NCBI GenBank assembly: GCA_000165425.1
Contig: CT868407.1
Location: 1-64,000, forward strand
Direction of reading: 5' to 3'
DNA: 64,000 bases
DNA from: Paramecium tetraurelia
Taxonomy: Eukaryota
Below the pieces are notes generated by a model, which searched no databases, was not told the DNA's origin, and saw nothing but the letters and a program-made list of their open reading frames with translations. Below, one piece after another: positions 38,601 through 51,000 of the stretch. Positions within the stretch are counted from its first letter, which is position 1. The number at the start of each line of letters is the position of its first letter. The translations under genes were made by a program, and so were the position numbers.

Positions 38601-39853
38601 TTTGGAGATGTGGAGGTATCTACAATTTCTTATTACTTGCTTTGGTTAGAGTCTTAGACTACTGCTTTAACATACTCTAAGTTTGAGTAAACTTTGATTC
38701 ATCTTAATCAATTGGTATTTCTTCTTTGAATTATTATAATATTTCATCAACAATTTCAATAGTTTATCTTTGGAATTTATGGGCTAATGCACTCTATAGT
38801 TCAGCATAAATTGATTTGACGTGTTTTTGATGTAAGGCCTAAGACACAAATACGATATCCCTTAAGGTTCCCTTGAATAGTTTTAGAGCCTATTCGGATC
38901 CAATCCAAAAGAATCCCCTTGGAGGTTCTAAATGCTATGATAAATTAATTTGATTTTCAATGGCTCCGTTAATGTACATTGACACTTCTCTAATAAAATA
39001 ATAGGATGAGTAATTTTACTTGTAAGTTTCTGTTTCAGTATAAATCAAGGCTATCTAATATAAAAGATTCCTTTTGATTTTCATCTAAGAATAGAGTGTC
39101 TCCATTTTCCCTGTCATTAGTTGAAAATTAAAGAAGAATAGTTGATCTCTATTGATACCAAAGGTCATGTTTTTGGACATCAAAGAACTGCCAGTCGACA
39201 ATACATTTAAGTCATCCTCTAATTGAGTATTGAATATTGATACTTATTTCTTTAGGGAAGGGTGATATGATAATTTAGAACAGAATAGAAAATGAATGTA
39301 CTTTCAATGGCTAGATTTCAAGTTCATCAAAACTAACTTTGACTTGATCAGTCGATTGTTTGAACTCTTTGGCCTCCAACATTACTTAAAATTACAAATC
39401 CATGGGTTCTTCATATTCATCTTAAATGTAATTTTCATCTCTTATTTGATTATTGTCGAATTCCTCCTCTCCTGACATATTCTAATGGTGCTATCCTTAC
39501 ATTCCATCATCTACCTCTGCCCCCAATGGAATGTAAAATATGCCTCCTTGAATTGATTCTAACTCATTTATTGGGATTTTAAAGGTGTATTGATGTAGAT
39601 TTGGAGCAATATATTGTAGTTAGGTTTCCTATTCAATACATTTAACTAGTATCATATGACAGCTAAGTCCAAAATGATTTTCCAATGATTTCAATGATTC
39701 ATTTAGATCAGATGCCAAGTCTTGCGATTGCTATTGAATATACCTTTCTATTTGTTGACATGTTTTGTTGAACTTATCTTTTTAGAATGTACCTATGCTG
39801 ACTTCCTCAAACTATGCCAAAATAAATCGAGTTTTCTCAATTTCGATATCCAT
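35672..39853 (-). CDS. Large multidomain protein: LamG/ConA-like + Rdx (SelT/SelW-like) CxxC domain + CHORD-like Cys/His zinc fingers
   Basis: LamG-like VSMYING..GFFWIGSEQ..FKGTLRDIVFVSQAL. Rdx-like FQIIINRCSDCDKH..HFDVYIRG. C-terminal CINWGCGQPY..CKHHPG..WTCC..GCKLEYH and CTNWACGKQY..CRSHPG..WTCC..GCLLSKH. Confidence 0.7.
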
Positions 39854-41117
39854 CGCTACAAATATCAGATTATTAAGTACATATTGAAGTGTTTGAAATA
39901 ACCTAATATTCTAATTCCACAGGACTATATACCATATAAACAAACCTAAAGGAAATACTAAATAATCATTTACCATTTTTTTTCAAAATTTTTATTCAGC
40001 AGTTATTATAAAAAGAGAGCTGGATTTTAGTGGTTTAATTTCTCTAGGTTCTCAATTAATAATTTTGATATTTTTTCTTTCATCTCAGGAGTTACATTTG
40101 CATCGCAATATAAAAATCTCATTTTATTAATAATATTTTTTTATTATTATCTCCATCAAATTAAAATCTATAGATATATACAATTGAATTATCATTCATC
40201 ATAGATTTCAAAACAATTTCAACGCATCTATTCAACTATAATTCAAATAATATGCAAATCTAAGTATCCCTCTCAACTCAGCCCAAATCTTGCATTCTAA
40301 GTGTTCTAGAGTTCCCTCCGCAATTTATGAGTCTCGTATATTTGAGGTATCAGTGAAATTAAGATTTCCTGAAGTACTGATTATGGATGTACAATTTTTA
40401 AAAATCGGTAAATTGATTTATACCCTTTTTTTATTCCACTTTAACCGTAAAATGGAAAGATCTTGTTACATTTATTAGTTTTAACCAAAATTCTGTAATT
40501 ATTTCAGATTCGCCATAAGAATGTTCATATTTGTATTATATTTTAACTTACAATCTTATCTAATTATGAATTTATTTAATCTATTTTAACTTAATATTAG
40601 GCTAAACAAATGCTTTATGGTCCTCATTTAATATACCTATAACACATGAGGACCTTTTGAAAAACCTTTGATTTCAGTCAATAAAAATTCTGAAGCAAAT
40701 CTACTTGTTTTAACACATTGAATTTTAAACGAAATTGCCATCCAATCTAAGATTCTATAATTTGATTTTTAGATTATAAATGTATAAACACGCTTATACT
40801 AAATTTTAGTAGACTTTAAATTAATTATGTATGGTTCATTGGCAATTTTAACAAATATGTGAATCTCTTTGAAAATTGAGAATATATATTAGAAATTAGC
40901 TTGAATGAAAATACAAATTTATTTGGTATAACCCAAAACACCAAGGAAGAATTTGTGATTTGCTTAAAGTTTTGAACTAACATCCACTTAGCAACAATAT
41001 ATGATGAGAAACTTCTCAAGAATGAGTAAGTCATCTCATCTTTGCTAGAAACTAATATATTGGTAGGCTAACACTCATTCTCAATCTAAATTTAGTGATT
41101 ATTTAATTAATTAACTG

Positions 41118-42321
41118 ATGGAATATACTATAAAGGATTTGAGTGGATTCCTATTAAATAAGTAAAGAGCTAGCTCTATTCAGTAGACAATACAAACTAA
41201 TAAAAAAACTAGGTGCAGGAGCATTTGGTGAAATCTATTCAGCCACTGCGAATGGATAAGAGTATGCAATTAAAATAGAACGTTCAGACACTAAATACCC
41301 TTAGTTACTTTTTGAGTCAAAATTATACTAGTACCTCAACAATCAACCCATAATAGGCATACCGAAATACTATGGTTATTATTAACAAGATAATTTCAAC
41401 TTCCTTGTGATGGAATAACTTGGCAAGAGTCTTGAGGATATATTTACAGATAATAATCGTCTCCTTTCTCTTCAATCTGTAACAGTATTAGCACTCCAAA
41501 TGCTTGAATGCGTAGAATACTTGCACACAAAGCATTTTCTGCATAGAGACATTAAGCCTGATAATTTCTTACTAGGCAAAGCTCACAAGGATAGAGTGTA
41601 TATGGTTGATTATGGACTTGCTAAGAAGTATATGATAAAAGATAGTCACATCCCTTACAAGGACAACAAAGCATTAACAGGAACAGCGAGATATGCATCC
41701 ATCAATACACATTTAGGCATAGAGTAATCAAGAAGAGATGATCTTGAATCCTTAGGATATGTCCTACTTTATTTTTTAAGAGGTTCATTGCCTTGGCAAA
41801 ATCTAAGGGCTAACAACCAAAAGGAGAAATATGATAGAATCATGGAGAAGAAATTGGCTACTTCAAGTGAAACTTTGTGTAAGAACAGTCCAAAGCAATT
41901 CTATGAATATATTGAGTATTCGAAGAATTTGAAGTTTGATGAAAAACCAGATTATTAGTATATGAAGAACCTCTTCATTTCTGTGATGAAAGAAAATGAC
42001 TTAAGGATTGAATACATTTATGATTGGGATGATGAGAATACTCACAGAGATAAGATTTTACTGAAACACACTTAAGAGTCAAACCAACCAGATTAGCAAT
42101 AGCCTATTGTGAATAAGAATATCAATTATTCTTAATACAATAATAATAGATAGAGCATTCAGAAGACTAAGACTTCGTCTATTCACTCTATTAATAAAGT
42201 TCTCAAAATTCAACAAAACACAACTACTCTAAATACTTAACAAAATTGTTAGAACAAAAACCAAATCAATAATAAGGCCAAATCCATTATTAAAAAACAC
42301 TCCAGTCTTCATTAGAATTGA
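41118..42321 (+). CDS. Casein kinase 1 family Ser/Thr kinase
   Basis: [87 protein letters not shown] 5' intron at 41143-41167 is inferred to connect the ATG. Confidence 0.95.
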
Positions 42322-42370
42322 AACGACTATGCTATAATTTACCTATTATTATTATTATTTTTTAATATTA

Positions 42371-44075
42371 ATGAACTAAAATTATGAGAAGTATGATGAA
42401 AATTTCTAAATGATACAAAAACTTGAGGAACGCAAGATTAAACAAATATTTTCTGATAATCTCTCCTTGTCTACACCAACATTTCTGAACAATTAGCGTA
42501 AATAAACGGATATTCAATATATTCACAAAGAAAGAGCCATCTTGGATGTGCGTTTGACTAATGTCATTCAACTTGATCTTTGTCAATTCCACTACATTGA
42601 AGTGCCTTTAACTGGTCACAAAAAGCCTCTTGTAATTTGTACATATCATGATAAATAGTAGATTTCTAATTCACCGATTAAGCCAAAATGAAATTTTACA
42701 TCTCAAGTCATACCATCACTCCGAACAGATTCAACAATGAGGAATCTTTCGAAAGAAAACAGATTCTGAGATATACAGAATAGGGTGAACACATAATCTT
42801 CACATAACGTTGTTTGTATCTGGCAATCTTTTCTTAATAAGCTACCACTATATATGCCAAGGCTTCTTTCGGAATCAAACCACAACAGCAGCAGAAAATG
42901 GAAACTGAGTCCAAATTAAGACCATCCACTGGCTATCAATTCACTAGGTCATCCTAATTCTTCTTCACCAGGAAACCCTCCAAAGATTTGATATCACTTA
43001 ACAAGAATATTGAATAATATTAGCCTGATAAAATTAAACTTTAGCAGAACCTGAGAAGAGTTCAATCGGCTAGAAAACTATCAGAAACTTTACATAAAAA
43101 AAGATAAATATTCGAGGAAAAGAAAGAAACCTTGAGAGAACGGTTCGAGTTCTAAGAGAAAAAAAAGATACTAAAAGAAATCATTCTATATAGAAATAAT
43201 ATCGATAACTTTTTAAAATTCCAATAGAAATTATGGCTTCAGAATCTCTACTTTATCTAATTGGTTTCCATCATTAAAAAGAGATATTATGTAAAATACA
43301 TCCTATTATCTTTAGGATAATATCATTTTTTAATTCAAACAATCCATCAAAAAAAGAAGGCAATACAGAGTTCGGTAAGGGTTATAAAGAATGCTGTAAA
43401 AGTCAGGGAAAGATATTTTTCAAAGAACAATCTTTCAAGGTCTTTTAATTTTAAGAATGCTATCGAAAGTTAAGGAAAAGGGGGCTAAAAAGAAAGCCAA
43501 AAGAATGGTGTATACTTTTATGATGAGTTATGGATAAATTGGTGAAATATTTTAAAAAACCTATCAATTCAAAAGAAGAATGAGGAAGATCATAGAAGTG
43601 TATAGAAATTATCGAAAGAAAGTCTAAGCATATGCCAATAGGATTATCATGCTTTGGAATAAGTATTGGAATCAAATTTATATGGAAATAAAAAAGGAAG
43701 ATTAGGAAAGTAATTTATCATGTTTATTTCTTAACTTTAGAAGTAAAATAGATTAAAGTCTAAATGTAAAAGACTATAATTAACTATCATATTGAAGAGG
43801 AAATTGTGAAATCACCATATCTAGACATGTATTTTCATATATAAAATTGTTAGTAAGGTATAAGGTGTAATTGTAAATAACTATTATAAAGAAATTAAGA
43901 ATTTATATGTAAGGAAATGGAGGGTTTTAAAAATTAAAGTAAAGTCGTCTAAGTTTTAAACTTTGATGGCTACTTAAGCATTTGATAAGAAGAATGAATT
44001 ATTATTATTTACTATAGTAGATAAAAGTGTTTTAAAATAATTAATCTATAAGTATATGTAGGAAAAGGGGATGAT
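42371..44075 (+). CDS. Hypothetical basic protein
   Basis: Code-6 frame from MNQNYEKYDENFQ with several short GT-AG introns. The 3' end is uncertain (alternative splice solutions). Confidence 0.55.
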
Positions 44076-44377
44076 ATAAAGTTTGTTATTAAAGAAAAAT
44101 TGATTATATAATAAATTTAATAATATATTGTCATCTTTAGAATAAAAATACAAATCTTCATAAAGCTAATTATTATTATTAAATCTAAATTTCTGCCATT
44201 TTTAAACTGAACGAAATAATCTGAATGACTGTTTTATTCATTTTAAAATCATAATATGGATTTCTATATATAAATACATAAATGAAAGATAAAATTATGT
44301 TTAAATGTCATAAAATCCTTAGTTTTTACAGATAGATATATATATTATCAAAAATAGATTTAGCTTAATAAATTTAA

Positions 44378-47300
44378 TCAATGATCTGTATAGACATTTT
44401 CATTTTCTGTTTCATCTTTGGGTACATACAAGTTGATTTCAGGTGGGTCAATATCCATCAATTATTGTTCTTACCGGTCCTATTTAAACTATTTCTTTAT
44501 CATTGCTTGAGTCTTCAAAAACCATCTTTTATAATTAGCCTATTACTCTTGCCATTCCTGTATGGCTGGGAACAAGTATGATAAAAGTTCTTTAGTGAAT
44601 GATTTCTTGATGTTCTCTTGTTTGTTCATCCGATGATAGATTTTTAATTTCTTTGGGTTTTCATTATCATCTCTTCTACTCTTTTGACTCTTTTCAGAAT
44701 TCAATTCAACCGAATTATTTCTATTCGAATGCCTTGACTTTCTTTTCTCATTAGTCTTTTTGTCTTAACTCAATGTCAGCCAATAGATCATTCAGGTTGA
44801 TTATCGAACTGATACTCCTATCAAAAAGATAGATTTCATTTTAATCATAATTAGACACATTGTTCTCCTTCGCATTATCATGAGATTGATCAATTGACTT
44901 TTCATCTTCCCTGATATCGGAATTATAGAAGGGATCATTCAAACTAAATGTTAAACTAATATTTGATCTTTACTACTTTTCAAATGAGATATCTATTTAA
45001 TCATGTCTTGGAGATTCCATTCTCTTTAATTGATACTTTTTTTATTGTTATTTCTTCTTCATCAATTTCAATTTTAGAGATTTGGCCTCCAATTACAATT
45101 GAAATTAACTTTCCTATTACAGATTGTGCTGTGCAATCTTTCTCTTGATTTTCAATACCAATTCAATCATTTATGAATATTTGATGTAAATGAGATGATT
45201 CAACAATTTAACCTTCTCTTCAACTGTGTATTTCTACTTCTATAATTTTATGCACTCGAATTCCTTGTAAATGTCTCTGATGCTTTCCTGTCTATAATTT
45301 CTAAGTCGATGCTATATTCTATAGATCAGAAGGTGCTGAAAAACGAATCTAACTAACTTACTCCAAAACATGAAAAACTTGAAGAAGCAATTATCAAATA
45401 TGTGATCGCTGATTTCCTTTTGGATTTCAATGGGCATCTAAGGAAATATATTAAATATCAATTAGAGTGCCTTACTAATTGAGGAAGCATGTTAACCATC
45501 AAAAATCATAAACAAACCCTTCATCAGAAATTGATAGTTGAAATCAGTTGGAATCTTCTTATTCTACTTTTTGATCATGTCAAACCAGTCATTAATCATA
45601 TCGAGTGTGTAAAATACTGCAATTCCATCGTATAGTTTAGTTTTGTGAAATATCACAATTACTAAATAATTAAGCATGTTTTCATTCTCCAAAAAGCACA
45701 ATGAAGCATGTTTAATCGTTTCTGGATATGGATATTCATTTGAATATTTAATCTCCAACAGCAAATACTTAATTAAAATTAAATAGCCAGGAAAACCCTG
45801 ACCATGTTAAGCACATATCATATGGATGCTTTGCTTTCTTGTAATGGTTCAACATTAATTGAAACCACTTCAAAAACACTCTACTTGTAAGTATGATGTT
45901 CTTCCAATCAATAGAATTAAGAATACCTTAGAATTGCTTCTTATGTTCTTAATGACGAGGATCACCTTGTAGATAATCATAAAAATTCTTATCCCATTCA
46001 GTAGAAAATGTGTTATCAATGCAATATATTCCAAAATCTTTTTCGAATTCCTCATTTAATAAACGTTGATCTTCCTTTAGAATATTAATAACTAAGTTCT
46101 AGAATTAGGGTATTCTGAAAAAAGCAATAACTAAGAATGTATTTACAAATAGTTCTTCCTTATCATTCTATCCCTGTTAATTGAGTTTCTATGTAACTTT
46201 CTCAAAAGTTTGATGTAAGAAATTCTAATAATGCAATCCTATTCTAATTTTCTGATTTAATTGTTATATAAGATTCTTGTTTTTAGACACGTAATTCTGA
46301 TCATTTCTTAAGTTATAAGCCTCCTTAAGATCCTTATCGAAACCCAAGTAACTGATGAAGAATTCGTCTCTGTTCAATAAAGTAATAAGCACATCATAGT
46401 ATTGATCTCTCAAATCTTCGTCGATTAAATCAGCACTTTCTAATAGATTCTTTGTTACATCTACAAACACTAATTGAGCAGCTATCATCTCCTCTAGGTT
46501 CTCGTAAAGTTCTTAGTTTTTAATTAAAGTACTCAACTTCTCAATAATTTGATTAATGGCCTTATTAATTTTGACTCTCTCCCTATGTTGAAGACTCTTT
46601 TGATTGAGTTTTCCAGCCAATTCATCTATTTCATTATTGATTTAGATGATTTGATAGATATTCGGACTCTGTGGACCAGAGTATTTATCCTTTTTGATAT
46701 ACAGTTAAGATGATCTTTGAATGCCTTCCTCCGTTCTAAACCCTCCAAGCATCTGTCTAATGAAGGTATCCTTGGTTATAATGAATTCTGCTTTGACTCT
46801 TCCAACACATTAACCGTGGATCCATAACTTGTCTGTGAATATCACTTCTTGGAGGGAGATCCTATCTAGTTCGGCCAAAACATTAACATTTTAACTGAAA
46901 AATTTGTTGAGGGAGATAATGGAATTTCCAATTTTTCGAACACTTTCATTATCAGATTTTTCGTTTGGTTTTGAACTTCCCCAGAGAATGAATTCAAATG
47001 AAGAACTGGAAAATTCATCAACGTAAATGTCAAAGGAGATGATTGGATTATTTTCTTATACTTTAAATTCCCACAGAAGATCCTTTTTTGTTATCAGACC
47101 CATAGTTGAGTAGGGTCTTCTGGATTTGTTTGTTTAAGATTGACTAGTCGAGAGATGGATCTTGGAGTTGAGTTGGTTGTTTGATTTAGACTTTTTTAAG
47201 AGCAAGTCTTAATCATTCTTGAGTCCGTTCTTTTTCAAGTAGCAACTCTTGAGATCAGTTTGTAGGTTTTCTTCAATTGATGAATCAAAGATGTCTCTAA

Positions 47301-47999
47301 CCAATTGGAACTCATCGGATTCACTTCTTAGTTTTTCTTTGGAATCGATGTAGCCATATTATTTGATGGTAGATTAACGGTAAAAGTAGTGATTCAGGTA
47401 ATTTGGAGAGAAATCACTGTAGTAATCCACTTGATGGGACTTGATGATAATTATGAATAGGATACTCTGACTTTTAATTGAAAATTGTAGGCTTGTTCCA
47501 TCAATTGGTCTTTGAGTTCGCACATGACTTGTTTGCTTTGGATCTTGGCGTTTGTCATTTGTACCATTCGCAAGTCAAAAGTGATTCTGGATGAGTTAGC
47601 CTTTGGTGGATTCGAGAAACAAATCATAATGAATGGGACCGTTTGCAACTTCCCACATATTTTAAACAACATAAGCAAAACATTTATTTTTTTCAGCGCA
47701 GAAGACACTCTGAATAAATAAGAGTAGAATACAATTTTGAAGAATTCTGACTTCAAGGTTTCCTAATCACTTTCATGAAACGATCTAAATGTTTATCTCC
47801 AATGTGGGTTAGGATTGTTAAATGAGATTTAAGTTTGGAAACACTCTTAATTTGCAATTGAAAAATGAACTTTCGTCTTCTAAAGAGGTATGTTTTTGAT
47901 CTTGACATTAGAAAATGTGATCTTGAATTTGATTAAGGGTTTCAAGGAAGCAACCTCATTATTGCTCTCCTTCTTTTCCTTCTTCAATCCGCAACCCAT
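44378..47999 (-). CDS. N-acylated C2-domain protein with a helical (DUF1765-like) region
   Basis: Starts MGCGLKK (myristoylation/palmitoylation-type motif). C2-like FKITFSNVKIKNIP..NPNPHWRQTF..FLICGKLQTVPFI-like segment. Central IFHKTKLYDGIAVFYTLDMINDWF..FNYQFLMKGL. The domain name is from recognition only. Confidence 0.65.
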
Positions 48000-48040
48000 G
48001 TATAAATATATATATATTTAAATAAATAATATATTATTAT

Positions 48041-51000
48041 TCAATCTGACAATTCATCCACATATGAAACTGTCCGCTTCTTAGTTCTGTTATTTCGCAA
48101 CAGATCTTTGAACACATCCCCCAACATCAATTGATTATAAGCAGCTCCCTGCAATTCCAACCCTTATTCACTTTAATCATCTCCAATCCTTTCAAGAGGG
48201 AAATCCTTGTCCTATTTGCCAATCTGACTCTGTTTTTAACAAAAACCATAAACAGCAATTATAATCACAGTCAAAATCAACAACAACAAAAGAGATAATA
48301 TCGCCCAGAACCAAGCCAGACTATTCACCTAACTATCCTACTCAACCCATCCCAATTTAAATTCGACCTCACAACTCGAATAGGAGTTGTATGCAGTAAT
48401 ATTCAAGGATACTGAATGATTCTAATAAATATTCAAATTATTTTAATACCCTATTATCATTTGCTGATTAAATGGGATAATACAAGTAATACCCATTGTC
48501 AGTATACAGTATTAGATCAATCAAGAAATAGGTGCTGTTAGTTATCAGAACATGTGACTTCGATGTGTTGGTTTGGGTATCTAAAGCCTAATATAATTGG
48601 GTTTTCTGTAGACGCAACTCTTATGGGTTGACCAAATACGGTTCCAAGATTTCCACTGGCCTTGAATAGTTTTGACTGTAGTTCCCTAAATTAAAGATTG
48701 CAATTTATACTGATGAAGAGAGAGGTGTAAACTATATTGGTGTTCAATTCATTAAGCAGATACGTCATTTCCACTTAAATAGATTGGTATTCAAATTGAT
48801 TGGATAAGCATTAAGTGACCATATAGAATATAGTATCATTTTGAAACTAAATCTCAATTTGTGGACGAGACAAAAAGTTATGATGACATAACAAGTATTA
48901 ATAGAAAGTATATCTCAGTTTGGCTTCGAGTGTTAGGATGTTAAAAGTAATCTCATAGATTTGATTGTTGTTTCCAACAGAAATAGTTTACTCCATAAAT
49001 GAGTCATTTACAATGTGAGGCTGATGATGGTTGAGGGTCTGAATAAATACTGCCTTTTCGAATCTCACGTAATCTTCATTCTTTTAAAATAACAGGTTCC
49101 TGCCAGGCCCATTAGTGGGAAACCCATCTGTCATATTAATCACCAACACAAATATATTGTTGGGTTGCAAAAGTATTAAGTACAAGTATTGAATCTATTG
49201 GTATTCAATCACAGACAAGCCAAAGTCTTCTGCATATGACAAAGGCTATGAATCGTTTGTGTTGGGATACGAGCTCTGCTGAATGAATTGTATGGTTTAA
49301 TTATTTGTAATTACTATTTGATAAATCCCAAAATAGGAATTCAGTTCTTGATATCCACTCTTGATCATTTAGTAAATTGAATTGTTGTAGAAGAAAGGCT
49401 ACAAATCATTGAAGAAGCAGTAACAAAACTACCTATCATTCACAATATTCACAGGAATTGAAATAGAATTGTTAAGTCTGACGTAAGTATACTCTAAATA
49501 AATATATTATTAGATGTTTTCATGATCCTAAAACGATATTTTACCATTTGATTTATTAAAATATTTCAGTTGGCATACTATGATCAATACATTTACACCG
49601 TTTAATTGCATTTGACAAAATAAGAAGGGATTAGATGGCTTTAATACGTGAACATAGATCAGTCTTATTGAGCATAACGGTGAACTGCCTCTTTTTTCAT
49701 CTTGAGTGTAATTAGAGTAGATGCAAGATCTATTTACATCTGGAATGGAATTCTTTTGATAAAACAACACATAATAGTCAGTCAATACGATTATTAAATC
49801 CTTATATTAAGAGACTAGAAATATTAAAATGACTTACTATTCACGATATCTTGGTTGAACAAACCTATATAAATTTCATCCCCTATATCAATAATTTAAG
49901 AAACTTGTCCAAAGGAGGATACTTCATCCATATAACTACCTAAGTATTTATTCATTTATAAATAAGGAGATGGAATAATAGACAAATTCTTTTGGTTTGA
50001 CTAGTAATCATAAGAAGCAATTGGTCCATTGAAGAAAGATTACTATAAGATTTTAAGCTATATATACATTAACTAAAAAGAGAAATTAAAAATATCCTCC
50101 AGCTTAGCTGATTTAATCGTAATTTACTTCTACTTTGTATTCTGATGAACAATTATACGCAAAGGAGATCTAGGTGCTTGAGAAATTGTACACCAAAGTG
50201 TAATTTCTAGTAATATGCATAGGTATTACCTATACAAAACGTTGGGCTTTTATGATTAAAAAACACCAATGACCAACAAAAATGGAGAATCGTTGTATTC
50301 AGGAATGAACTGCTATTAGAGGTGGAATATAAATTCTGCTTTTTAATTCAAATAATAAATTTCGAATTTCTTCTCTGTGATAATAAGAGTCAAACTGATA
50401 GAGGATCCAGCTAGTAATGAATCCATTAAGTTGCTTATGGGATATGTTATCTAGGGTATAACTTAAATTATTTACAATTTATTCTTTCTTCTTCTTCTCA
50501 ATTTCTATTTTCTCAACCAGAGATCTGGCAGTATAGTCTTCCAAATTGTAAATATAGTATTTCTAAAAATAGTCATTGTAGACGCTCTTCGTAATGATGG
50601 GAACATACAATATTAAGCCAGATATCAGGATTTTGCATTAATTACTTAAAATAGTATCATAATTGGGGAGTCTCCTCCAAAAATTAATCTAATTAATATT
50701 AGTAATTATGTATTGTAGTAAAATAGGTGTGAAGTTGCCGTTTTAATTTTCTTGGCACCAAACGATCAAATATTACTTAGCCAATTTCGACTAGAAATAT
50801 TTAGTAATTTCAAATCCTAAGAAACTGTTATTCTCACATTCCTTGATGTTAAGTACAAGGTTGGTTAGTGTAGAGGTGTAATTATACAATTTAATTTCCT
50901 TGGTTGAGTTAATGGGTCCAGGTGTATAAACAACAATTCTTGCATCATAGAACAATATGAATAAGGTTTATTAGTTAACATAAGTGTATCTAAAGGAGAC

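Noticed and set aside
40255..40400. Telomerase RNA or spliceosomal snRNA in the GC-richer patch
   Set aside because: Only a lone CCCAAA is present, without the ciliate UGUCA template-boundary motif, and there are no U1/U2/U5/U6 signature sequences.
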